A stretch of DNA of 64,000 bases from an uncultured Peptoniphilaceae bacterium (GTDB lineage Bacteria > Bacillota > Clostridia > Tissierellales > Peptoniphilaceae). A model generated the notes under the pieces. The model made no database searches. It saw nothing but the letters and a program-made list of their open reading frames with translations, and had not been told where the DNA came from. Numbering within the stretch: position 1 is the stretch's first letter; each line of letters starts with the position of its first letter. Shown here one piece after another: positions 55,667-64,000 of this stretch. Location of the stretch: positions 3,161 through 67,160 of the forward strand of contig CAZEBB010000007.1 in the NCBI GenBank assembly GCA_964510345.1, read 5' to 3'. The translations under genes and the position numbers were made by a program.

Positions 55667-58600
55667 TTAATTGATGACTAACGGATTTCTGCCTGCGTCG
55701 ATCTCAAACTTGTCACCCATGCGGTCGCCGTCAGTATCGCGGTTCAACGGATCCGTCTTGTATCCAAGTGTACCGTGATATTCATCGTAATCAGAAATTC
55801 TGTCACCGTCGGTATCTCGATTGAGCGGATCGGTAAAGGTGACCTCTTTCTCAAAGCAATCGGTGAGTCCGTCTCCATCTGTGTCGATGCAGTCGATGAC
55901 AACCACTTCTTTTGGATCGGATGCGGGTTTGTCGCCGTCTTTCGCTACGACATCGATCACATCGCCTGTGTTGATCTTTTCGGGATCTACTGGAATCGAG
56001 AAATCTCCGTTTTCATCCGCTTTTCCGGTGTACTCGGTTCCGTCGGGCAGGGTTACTGTAACATCTGCGTTCGGTTCCGTCGTACCGGTGATCTTGTCAT
56101 CGGACTCGTGAACAGGATCAACCGTCGGTTGCGGGGTCTTGTCTTGATCAACAACCGTTACGAAAACTGGATCGCTCGGTGTTTTACCATCTTCGGTTTG
56201 AGTGACTTCGATGTCAGTACCCGGTACCAGATCAGTACCTTCCGGTACAGGTACAGTCCACGTTCCATCATCGTCTACGGTCGTCGTAATCGGGTCGGTT
56301 ACGCCAGGGATCGTGACGGTGATCTCAGCCCCCGGTTTTCCTGTTCCGTCGATCGTCGTGTCACCTGCCACCGGTGTTTCTACGGTCGGTTTCTCACTTT
56401 CTCCCGGAGTCGGTTTGTCTACCACAGTCGCCGTTGCAGGAATACTCGGTGTCTTGCCGTCTTCCGTTTGCGTAGCGGTGATTTCATCGCCGGCCGTCAA
56501 CTCTGTGCCTTCCGGTACAGGTACGCTCCACGTTCCATCATCGCCTACCGTCGTCGTAATCGGATCGGTTACACCCGGGATTGTGACGGAGATCTCGGCG
56601 CCAGGTGTTCCGGTTCCGTCAATTGTCGTGTCGCCTGCCACAGGTTGCGTGATGTTTGGTGTTGTGCTTTGATCCGGTGCCGGTTTTTCATCTACTGGTA
56701 CGACAACCGGTTCACTCGGATCTTTATCCGTTTCAGTTTGCGTTACGGTTACATCCGTACCCGGTACTAAATCAGTACCTTCCGGTACAGTAGCGGTCCA
56801 TGTTCCGTCATCGCCTACCGTTGTTGTCACAGGATCGGTTACGCCTGGGATCTTAACGTCAATCGTCGATCCCGGTACGCCGCCGCCGGTGATTTCCGTA
56901 TCGCCTTCCGTAATTGGATTAACCGTCGGTTGATCACTTTGCGTGACCGGTTTTTCGCCTACGGTTGCCGTAGCCGGATCACTCGGAGTTTTTCCTTCTT
57001 CGGTTTGCGTAGCGGTGATTTCATCGCCTGCCGTCAACTCTGTTCCAGCCGGAACAGGTGCTGTCCATGTTCCATCCGTACCTACGGTTGCTGTCACAGG
57101 ATCGGTTACGCCGGGGATCTTAACGTCAATCGTCGATCCCGGTACACCGCCGCCGGTGATTTCCGTATCGCCTTCCGTAATTGGATTAACAGTCGGTTGA
57201 TCACTTGGGATGACCGGTATGACATTCTTGTTATACGTTGCCGTATAAGTTGCGTCAGCCGTTACATTCCCAGTTGCAACAGGATCCCATGCTTTGAAGG
57301 TATAGTCTTCATCTACTGTGATTCCCGTTGCGTCAGCAGCGTTCAGTCCAGCTTTAGTAAAGACATCCGCTACAGGCACTGTACCATCTTTCAAGACAAA
57401 GTATTCTTTAGTCTCTACGATGGGGGTTCCACCGAAGTTTCCATTGGTGCCGGAATCTAAGGTGACTTTCGCAAATCGGTCAGGATCCGGGTTATTTGGA
57501 TTCTCCGGAGTCACAGGGACGATCTTATCTACGACGGTCGCGGTGGCGTCTGCACTCGGTAATAATCCGGGTTCGGTTTGGTTGGCAGTGACATCGGTGC
57601 CGTTCACTAACGGTTTGTCAGCCGGTACATCCACACTCCATGTGCCGTCGGTGCCTACGGTGACGGTGACGGGCTCGGTTTGCCACGGTACGGTGACGGT
57701 GACGTCGGCTCCGGCTACACCGGTTCCGGTAATCGTGGTGTCGCCTACAACGGGTTGGTTAATCGTCGGGGTCGCGGATGCGCCTTTGGCAACATAGGTG
57801 GCCGTATAGGTGGCATCGGCGGTGACGTTTCCGGTAGCGGCTGGATCCCATTTGTCGAAGTTGAAATCGCCCACAACGGTAATGCCTGTCGCATCGGCCG
57901 GGTTTAATCCTGCTTCTGTAAATACGTCAGCAACGGCAACGGTGCCGTCTTTCAGCACGTAGTAGTCTTTGGTCTCTACAACGGGGTCTCCGCCGAAGTT
58001 TCCGTTGGTACCGGAATCTAGGGTGACTTTTGCGAATCGGTTAGGATCCGGGTTGTTTGGATTCTCGGGATCAATCGGGATGATCTTATCGACGACGGTT
58101 TCGGTAGCTGTATCGCTGACCGTCTTTCCGCTTTCTATTTGTTGCGCGGTGATTTCGTCATCTACCTTGAGGGTAATTCCTGCCGGTACATCAACTGTCC
58201 AGTTTCCATCTGGATCGACAGTCGCTGCGATGGTTCCTTCTACACCCGGAATTGTAACAGCAACTTCTGCGTCGGGGACTCCGGTTCCGGTGATTGTGGT
58301 GTCACCAACAACAGGTTGGTCAATCGTCGGAGTCGGCGTTTTTTCCATTGGCACATATTGTGCCGTGAAGGTATTATTTGCCGCCGTAACCGCAGTGGTA
58401 ATGGAAGGCGTCCAACCATTGGCTATAAAACCTGCATCAGGGGCAATCGTCGGTACATATTTTCCGAGGATGACGGTGTTCTCCATGACATCTAATAGAA
58501 TGCTGCCGTCTGTTTGCGCGGATGTGCCGGTTGCCGGTGTGAGCGATCCGTTTGCCCCTTCTAGTAAGGTGACGCGGATATAACCTGCCGGCGTTTCGGT

Positions 58601-61600
58601 CGTAGGATCTTCTACCGGGATGGTCGTTTCAAGTTGATTCAGCTGAACCGTAAACTTGTTAACTGTGTCGCTTACCAGTTCGGTAATCGCAGGAGACCAC
58701 GGTTCTGCCTTTACTTCATAGCCGACTTTCGGCGCAATATTCGGGACATATTTTTCAAGGATTGCCGTTCCTTCTTTGACATCCAGCAAAATAGTTCCGT
58801 TTGTTTGAACGGTTGTGCCGAGTGCGGGGTTAAACGTTGCGTTCGTCGTCGGATCCAAGGTCACGCGGATATATCCTTCCGGTGTTGGATCGGTCGGATT
58901 GGTAACCGGGATCGTCGTTTCCAATTCAGTGTACTGTGCGGTAAATAGATTCACGGCATCAGACACTATAGTCGTAATCGCAGGATCCCATGGATCGGTC
59001 GCAACTTTAAAGCCGACGTTCGGGTTGATGGTTGGAACATACTTTTCTAAAATCGCGGTGTCCTTGAACACATCCAACAGAATCGTGCCATTTGTTTGCG
59101 CTGTTGTTCCACTTGCCGGTGTGAAGGATCCGTTCGTTGCAGGATCTAACGTGACGCGAACATAACCGGGGGGAGTGGGATCATTCGGGTTAATGACCGG
59201 AATGGTCGTATCCAATTGCGTGTATTGTGCGGTGAATGTGTTGTTATCTACAGTCACCGGTGTGGTGATCGCCGGATCCCATCCGTTGGCTGAATAGCCG
59301 TCGTTCGGATCGATTGTCGGAACATATTTTGTCAAGATGGCCGTATCCGGCTTAACATCCAAAACGATCGTTCCATTTGTTTGAAGCGTAGTTCCATCTG
59401 CAGCGATCAAACTTCCGTTCGCACCGGGTTGCAGTGTGACACGAACATAGCCGGGTGTCACCGGATCGGTATCCGGATTGGTTACAGGAATCGTCGTATC
59501 CAATGCAGTGTACTGCACAGAGTAGTTTTGTCTTGGATACGTGCCGTTGACTTCGCCCGTATAGTCATCTGCGGGGATTGCCGGTGTCCATGGGTCGGTT
59601 GCGTTTACAATCCAACCGGTCTCCAGCGTCATATCCGCTACTAGCGGCATGACCGCTTTGACTTCGTCAAACGTAACGCCGTTCAGAACGTCGAAGTGGA
59701 TTTGTCCTGCATAGCTACCTGTTGCAATAAAATAGTTATCCGAGGGTGCAAAGCTTCCGTGCGTATTGATCGCATCTGTTCCCGGAAGGAATACTACGCG
59801 GTGATAGCCGGGTTTCGGAGTCGTGTCTCCAGCACCTGGATCGACCGGATCGACGACCGCGCCAAAGTTTGCCGTGAAGCTCGTGTCTGTCATATCTTTG
59901 ACAGTAGTGGCTTCTGCCGGGAATGCCGGGGTCCAGTCAAGATGTTCGTAACCAGGATTCCCAACTGCCGTCGGCACGGGGATATCTGCAAAGGTTAATG
60001 TGTCCTTTACATCGTACGTGATCGTACCACCCGTAGCCGTAGATCCCGATTTTGTAGACGTAATCGTACCATTGGGTCCAGCCGTAAAGGTAATACGTTT
60101 ATAGCCGGCCGGCGGTGTAACGTCTGTCGGGTTTTCGATGATCGCATCGCGATATGTCGCGTTGTATACCATAGTGTCAGTTTCGGCTGCTACTGCGTCA
60201 TCCGCTGGGAGTGGTGTATCCCATCCGGCGAAAGAGTGGCCAGCATCCGCAATCGGGTCATACAATACGGACTTAACTTCCGCATACGGGGTGCCGAGCA
60301 ACACATCGATGATTTTTACATCAAATTTCGTGTGTGTTCCGTCAATCGATTCAAAATCTCCGAACTCACCACTGTTGAAGGTCAGGCGGATGTAGCCATC
60401 CGGAGGATTTGGAGTGCCCGGGTCTTCAATAATATTCTGATTGAAAACTGCGGTATAGGTTGCACCGGGGATTACGGTATCGGTAAGTTGGATTGCGGTG
60501 AGAGGATCTCCGGTTTTCCAAACGTACCCGGTGACATCTGCGTCAGCGTTTTTCGTTGCGACAGGCGCTTTGATATTTTCCAAAATGTCTGTCTTGAGTG
60601 CGTACATTTGCCATAGGCCTGTTGTATCGCCCGGTACCGGTTTTTGTTGCGTCCAAGCCGGAGCTTCAGGTCGTAAGGACAAAGTTCCGTTTCCGTCGGT
60701 GTTAAAGTAAATCAGCGTTTCTAAAACATCCGCTACGCCATTCTCGTTTGCATCTTTTTGTACGGTAATGGTGAACGTCTTGGGGTCTGCTGTGTTCCCT
60801 GCGGCGTCTGTCGCGTTCAAGGTAATGGTGAAGGTCTTCTCTTCATCCGTACCCCAGTCAGCTACCGTAGGTGTTCCTGAGAACGTACCGGTTGCGGGAT
60901 CAAACGTGACGCCCCCCAATTCTGCAGGGATCGTTGCTGTGATCTCCGTTCCGTCGTTGGTCTTTGCAACCACGCCCGTTGGAAGCGCGTTTCCTTCGAG
61001 GACTTTCTGATTAGCCGGTGGAGTAATGACAGGTTTCACATAATCCATTACGGCGCTGTCGGTCGCTTTTTCCGAGGTGTTTCCGGAAACGTCTTGAATG
61101 GTTACATCTGTAGTCAATTTTCCATCTTGTGGCGGCAACGGAATATTGGGAATGGTCACGGTGCCTGCTGCGATATCATCGGCTGTCAATGTATGGGTAA
61201 AGCCGGGGATACCGTCGCCGTTTAGGTCAACCTGCACCACATCTCCCACAACTGCGTCTGTGGGTAAATCAACTTTTAAGTCGGTTGTTGTTGCTGCACC
61301 TTTTTCTTCTGCACTGATGAAACCATCATCGTTTGCATCGATGAGGATTTCTACAGAAGTGGGTGCACTTGGCGGAATGGTATCAGGTTCTGAAATGGTC
61401 ACCGGAATTGTTACGGTTGCCGTGTAACCATTGGCTTCTGTTACAGTGATCGCCACTTGCGAAGTGCCGGCAGCTGTCGGCGTTCCAGAAATCACACCGG
61501 TTGTCGGGTCGATCGATAGCCCTGCCGGTAAACCAGTTGCCGTAAACGAATATGCCTCTTCGCCTCCTGCGACAATTGGCGCCGGTGCGGTATACGGAAC

Positions 61601-63742
61601 ATTCTGTGTACCGTTCGGCAGTTGAGCTTCAATCGTCAGTTTTTCCAATACGACGATGGGCTTGTCTACTTGCGTGACGGTTTCTGTGATCGTCTTGGTT
61701 GGGTCTGCGGGATCCGGATAGGTTACCTTGTAAGTGATATCGAACAGATGTGTATCCGTTGTCGTGTTTGCATCGATATCCGGTTTCCCCGACAGATTGT
61801 TGGTGTCTGCGTTGGAAAGCGTAACGGCTGACGGTAAATCGGTCGCTGTGCGGGTCAACGTATAATTCGCTGGAAGTGCTACCGGATCGTATACGACCGA
61901 TACTACTCCGTTTGTTTCGGTATCTTCCATGGCGGGTTTGTCGACATTGCCGTCGAAGATATAGATCGTCTTTTCAACGTATACGTCGTAAGGCGGCTGT
62001 GTTACTCCGTTATAAGCCGGTCCTTGACCTGTCACCTTAAAGCGAACTTTGTATTCGCCTGAGGTTCCATCTGCAGGGGTTCCGGTAATCATGCCCGTGG
62101 CGGGGTCTAAACTCAAGCCCGTCGGTAACGCTCCAAAACCGCCATCAATGGCATCTTGGGTCGTCGTGTCGATCGCATAGGTGTAAGAATGATCAACCAT
62201 CGGCTGCGGTGTGATATCTTCCACTAGACCGGTTGTACTGTTAACGCGTTGATTAGGACTGTACACCTGGCCGGTATACGCCGCTCCTTCAGCGCCAATC
62301 GGTGTAACCGCACCAGCCGCTACCGCGATAAAGCTATCGTACAGAACCTCACTTCCAAATGGCGTAATTAGAACCGCGCGATAAACCGTCGTCTCTTTAA
62401 GTGATTGCGGCACCGTATAAGAGGTTTCCGGTAAGTGTCCATCGGCTGACGGTACAAGGTTCTCGTAGATGGCAACTTGTTCGTAAGTTACCGCGTCGGA
62501 ATTCGGCGTGGGTATAATTTTGTCCCAACGAATTTTGTAGCTACCACTGTTGGGTGCCCAACCCGTCGCAAGTGTATGCGCAGTGTCTCCGGCGCCTGCA
62601 AAGCGAGAGGTCGTGTCATAGTCGTAAATCTCAAACGTTGTACCCTGTGACTTAAGAGCCACGTGCACATTGGTAATGTAGTTTTCAACATTATTCGTTC
62701 CTGGATTCGGACCCGTCACAGCATCACGGCTGAGGTCTTGGGCTTGATAGAAATTGTTGCCACCCATCGGTGTCCATTGTGCTAAACCTAACGGCGCATC
62801 CACAGAAATATTGATGAACGGACGATTTCCCCATAATGCTGCGGTCATTCCTCTTCCATTGTAATCTGTCGGATTATCAAAGTAGAATTCACCGTTTGAG
62901 TTTGTCAAGACTTTGTAGGTTTTTAATGCCGGTCCATTTTCGTTATCCGCAAAAGACAAATAGACAGGGATACCGGCTGCAGGGACATCTCCATCTCCAG
63001 GATTGTAGTAGGGGTTAAACGAAATACCCGCTACGTATTCCCAGTCAAAAAATACTTTTCCTGTAACTCTGTTATAGAGTCCGCCCGGAAGGCTCGGCGG
63101 GGTCACTCCCTGATCGATCAGATTGGTCGAAATGGATGTGGCTGGGATCGGACGCTGTTGTAGCGCGATATGATAGCCTCGTACACTACCGGAGATCCAT
63201 GTCGTCGCCCAAGTAAAATTGTAGTTTCCGTATCCGTCTTGATAGGAATTCGAGACGACATCATAGTTATTCGCTTCCAACCAAGCCGGATCCGCCCAGA
63301 CGCGTATTTGCTGGTTAGCGCTGATTACACCTTTAAAGGTATGCACTTTCCCAAATGGGTCTGTCCAGTTTGGTACTAAGTTAGAGAACGAACCATCATC
63401 TTTGGATGTGGTCTTGTAGATCGGGCTCATGAATCCATCGCTATCGATCCATTGATAGAAGAGATCGACTCTGCCGACATAAGTGTCGGTTGAACTTGCA
63501 TATGCGGTCGTAATGTCTGAGCCGGGACTGGTATGATCCTCCCAGATTGAACCATTGATGGTTGCCGGCGCGTTTTGAGCGGCTTGATCCACCCAAATGG
63601 CTTCAGCCATCGTGTCGCCGGCGGCTGCATACACCGCTTCCGGTTTAGCAAACCCTCCTACGGGGACAACCCCGAGGACCATCGCAAAGACAAGGAGCCA
63701 AGCTACGACTCGCTTAGCACTTGCGTATTGCATTTTCTTCAC
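55667..63742 (-). CDS. Giant modular surface adhesin (~2690 aa) with no recognisable wall or membrane anchor
   Basis: The probable start is the GTG at 63740-63742, 8 nt after AAAGGAG (MKKMQYASAKRVVAWLLVFAMVLGVVPVGGFA...). Domains: SdrD-B/Cna-B-like N-terminal region, He_PIG/cadherin-like motifs (LPTGLSLDPATGMITGTP; LPAGLSIDPTTGVISGTP), about 9 Listeria-Bacteroides-repeat-like modules, 7 Ig-like modules and a C-terminal bacterial TSP3 repeat tail. LPXTG, CWB2, SLH and LysM are all absent. Confidence 0.85.
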   Translation of the reverse strand: MKKMQYASAKRVVAWLLVFAMVLGVVPVGGFAKPEAVYAAAGDTMAEAIWVDQAAQNAPATINGSIWEDHTSPGSDITTAYASSTDTYVGRVDLFYQWIDSDGFMSPIYKTTSKDDGSFSNLVPNWTDPFGKVHTFKGVISANQQIRVWADPAWLEANNYDVVSNSYQDGYGNYNFTWATTWISGSVRGYHIALQQRPIPATSISTNLIDQGVTPPSLPGGLYNRVTGKVFFDWEYVAGISFNPYYNPGDGDVPAAGIPVYLSFADNENGPALKTYKVLTNSNGEFYFDNPTDYNGRGMTAALWGNRPFINISVDAPLGLAQWTPMGGNNFYQAQDLSRDAVTGPNPGTNNVENYITNVHVALKSQGTTFEIYDYDTTSRFAGAGDTAHTLATGWAPNSGSYKIRWDKIIPTPNSDAVTYEQVAIYENLVPSADGHLPETSYTVPQSLKETTVYRAVLITPFGSEVLYDSFIAVAAGAVTPIGAEGAAYTGQVYSPNQRVNSTTGLVEDITPQPMVDHSYTYAIDTTTQDAIDGGFGALPTGLSLDPATGMITGTPADGTSGEYKVRFKVTGQGPAYNGVTQPPYDVYVEKTIYIFDGNVDKPAMEDTETNGVVSVVYDPVALPANYTLTRTATDLPSAVTLSNADTNNLSGKPDIDANTTTDTHLFDITYKVTYPDPADPTKTITETVTQVDKPIVVLEKLTIEAQLPNGTQNVPYTAPAPIVAGGEEAYSFTATGLPAGLSIDPTTGVISGTPTAAGTSQVAITVTEANGYTATVTIPVTISEPDTIPPSAPTSVEILIDANDDGFISAEEKGAATTTDLKVDLPTDAVVGDVVQVDLNGDGIPGFTHTLTADDIAAGTVTIPNIPLPPQDGKLTTDVTIQDVSGNTSEKATDSAVMDYVKPVITPPANQKVLEGNALPTGVVAKTNDGTEITATIPAELGGVTFDPATGTFSGTPTVADWGTDEEKTFTITLNATDAAGNTADPKTFTITVQKDANENGVADVLETLIYFNTDGNGTLSLRPEAPAWTQQKPVPGDTTGLWQMYALKTDILENIKAPVATKNADADVTGYVWKTGDPLTAIQLTDTVIPGATYTAVFNQNIIEDPGTPNPPDGYIRLTFNSGEFGDFESIDGTHTKFDVKIIDVLLGTPYAEVKSVLYDPIADAGHSFAGWDTPLPADDAVAAETDTMVYNATYRDAIIENPTDVTPPAGYKRITFTAGPNGTITSTKSGSTATGGTITYDVKDTLTFADIPVPTAVGNPGYEHLDWTPAFPAEATTVKDMTDTSFTANFGAVVDPVDPGAGDTTPKPGYHRVVFLPGTDAINTHGSFAPSDNYFIATGSYAGQIHFDVLNGVTFDEVKAVMPLVADMTLETGWIVNATDPWTPAIPADDYTGEVNGTYPRQNYSVQYTALDTTIPVTNPDTDPVTPGYVRVTLQPGANGSLIAADGTTLQTNGTIVLDVKPDTAILTKYVPTIDPNDGYSANGWDPAITTPVTVDNNTFTAQYTQLDTTIPVINPNDPTPPGYVRVTLDPATNGSFTPASGTTAQTNGTILLDVFKDTAILEKYVPTINPNVGFKVATDPWDPAITTIVSDAVNLFTAQYTELETTIPVTNPTDPTPEGYIRVTLDPTTNATFNPALGTTVQTNGTILLDVKEGTAILEKYVPNIAPKVGYEVKAEPWSPAITELVSDTVNKFTVQLNQLETTIPVEDPTTETPAGYIRVTLLEGANGSLTPATGTSAQTDGSILLDVMENTVILGKYVPTIAPDAGFIANGWTPSITTAVTAANNTFTAQYVPMEKTPTPTIDQPVVGDTTITGTGVPDAEVAVTIPGVEGTIAATVDPDGNWTVDVPAGITLKVDDEITAQQIESGKTVSDTATETVVDKIIPIDPENPNNPDPNRFAKVTLDSGTNGNFGGDPVVETKDYYVLKDGTVAVADVFTEAGLNPADATGITVVGDFNFDKWDPAATGNVTADATYTATYVAKGASATPTINQPVVGDTTITGTGVAGADVTVTVPWQTEPVTVTVGTDGTWSVDVPADKPLVNGTDVTANQTEPGLLPSADATATVVDKIVPVTPENPNNPDPDRFAKVTLDSGTNGNFGGTPIVETKEYFVLKDGTVPVADVFTKAGLNAADATGITVDEDYTFKAWDPVATGNVTADATYTATYNKNVIPVIPSDQPTVNPITEGDTEITGGGVPGSTIDVKIPGVTDPVTATVGTDGTWTAPVPAGTELTAGDEITATQTEEGKTPSDPATATVGEKPVTQSDQPTVNPITEGDTEITGGGVPGSTIDVKIPGVTDPVTTTVGDDGTWTATVPEGTDLVPGTDVTVTQTETDKDPSEPVVVPVDEKPAPDQSTTPNITQPVAGDTTIDGTGTPGAEISVTIPGVTDPITTTVGDDGTWSVPVPEGTELTAGDEITATQTEDGKTPSIPATATVVDKPTPGESEKPTVETPVAGDTTIDGTGKPGAEITVTIPGVTDPITTTVDDDGTWTVPVPEGTDLVPGTDIEVTQTEDGKTPSDPVFVTVVDQDKTPQPTVDPVHESDDKITGTTEPNADVTVTLPDGTEYTGKADENGDFSIPVDPEKINTGDVIDVVAKDGDKPASDPKEVVVIDCIDTDGDGLTDCFEKEVTFTDPLNRDTDGDRISDYDEYHGTLGYKTDPLNRDTDGDRMGDKFEIDAGRNPLVIN
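55670..55891 (-). repeat. C-terminal thrombospondin type-3-like Ca-binding repeats (3 copies)
   Basis: DTDGDGLTD, TDPLNRDTDGDRISDYDE and TDPLNRDTDGDRMGDKFE within the last 74 aa. Confidence 0.75.
55892..58342 (-). repeat. Array of seven ~81-91-aa Ig-like modules, with two ~100-aa Flg_new-like modules interspersed
   Basis: Recurrent pattern P..GDT.I.G.G.PG..(V/I).V.(I/L)PG......T(V)..DG.W.V.VP....L..G..(I/V)...Q. Module boundaries computed from the translation: 55892-56134, 56135-56395, 56396-56665, 56666-56938, 56939-57205, 57515-57778 and 58076-58342. Confidence 0.75.
58343..59512 (-). repeat. Four tandem ~97-aa Listeria-Bacteroides (Flg_new)-like modules; more divergent copies extend to about 60.4 kb
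   Basis: The unit Y(T/N)(Q/E/A)L(D/E)TTIPV.(N/D)P....P.GY(I/V)RVTL..(G/T).N.(S/T)(F/L)...GT..QT(N/D)G(T/S)I(L/V)LDV....(A/V)IL.KYVP(T/N)I.P..G(Y/F)......W.P.IT..V.....F(T)(A/V)Q repeats at 58343-58642, 58643-58933, 58934-59224 and 59225-59512. Confidence 0.7.
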
Positions 63743-63885
63743 ACTTTTCACTCCTTTTCTAAAAGAAAATTGCTCGTGTTGTACATTCGTTTTCGTTGTG
63801 ATTTCACCTCCGAGAATTTTCATAGCGCAAGTGTTGGTTTTTAATTTCGATCGGGTATAAATTGTATTTACATACATTTATACAT

Positions 63886-63913
63886 AATCTAAACCCGCTA
63901 TTTTGCCTATCAA
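63886..63913 (-). promoter_or_regulatory. Possible sigma-A promoter of the giant adhesin gene
   Basis: Minus strand: TTGATA (63908-63913), 16 nt, TAGATT (63886-63891), about 145 nt upstream of the start. Confidence 0.3.
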
Positions 63914-64000
63914 GCAGAACTCGCGCGATTCTTTTCTTCTACTATTGCACATTTCTTTCGCCCTAATGAGAGGTTGCGAAAAATTGGACAAAATAGCTGT

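Overview
This 64-kb window looks like a Gram-positive (Bacillota, probably Clostridia-like) chromosome. That call is inferred from gene content and the CWB2-type wall anchors, with no search run. About 55 genes are present, and all but three (pepF, ppx, ppk) lie on the minus strand. Conserved housekeeping blocks: ctsR-mcsA-mcsB-clpC; Nudix plus an EF-G paralogue; upp-rpiB-ywlE-tsaC-CDF-PAP2-prfA; prmC-DUF1385-rpmE-rho; nrdJ; and rpmG-secE-nusG-rplK-rplA ... rplJ-rplL. Accessory material is interleaved: (i) an AT-rich ECF sigma/anti-sigma locus with three unrecognisable secreted proteins and a two-permease FtsX/MacB-type ABC exporter (1-6.2 kb); (ii) an IS1182-like element, a 1355-aa LRR/FIVAR/CWB2 surface protein and a lipoprotein-type barnase with barstar (28.6-35.5 kb); (iii) ppx-ppk and a glycoside-hydrolase-like lipoprotein; (iv) a Wzy-like membrane protein and a fused Wzz/BY-kinase-like protein inserted inside the ribosomal-protein cluster between rplA and rplJ; (v) a Bce-type peptide-antibiotic sensing/detox module, a MATE pump and a GntR regulator; (vi) a ~2690-aa modular adhesin with no recognisable wall anchor, followed by a G5/Ig/CWB2 wall-bound protein. 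No CRISPR array, tRNA or rRNA was seen. Two genes (nrdJ and the IS transposase) have disrupted reading frames. A ~250-nt GC-rich, hairpin-dense intergenic segment upstream of nrdJ is unexplained. None of the candidates is a proven new system. The ECF locus, the interrupted ribosomal operon and the adhesin/anchor pair are the most worthwhile leads.
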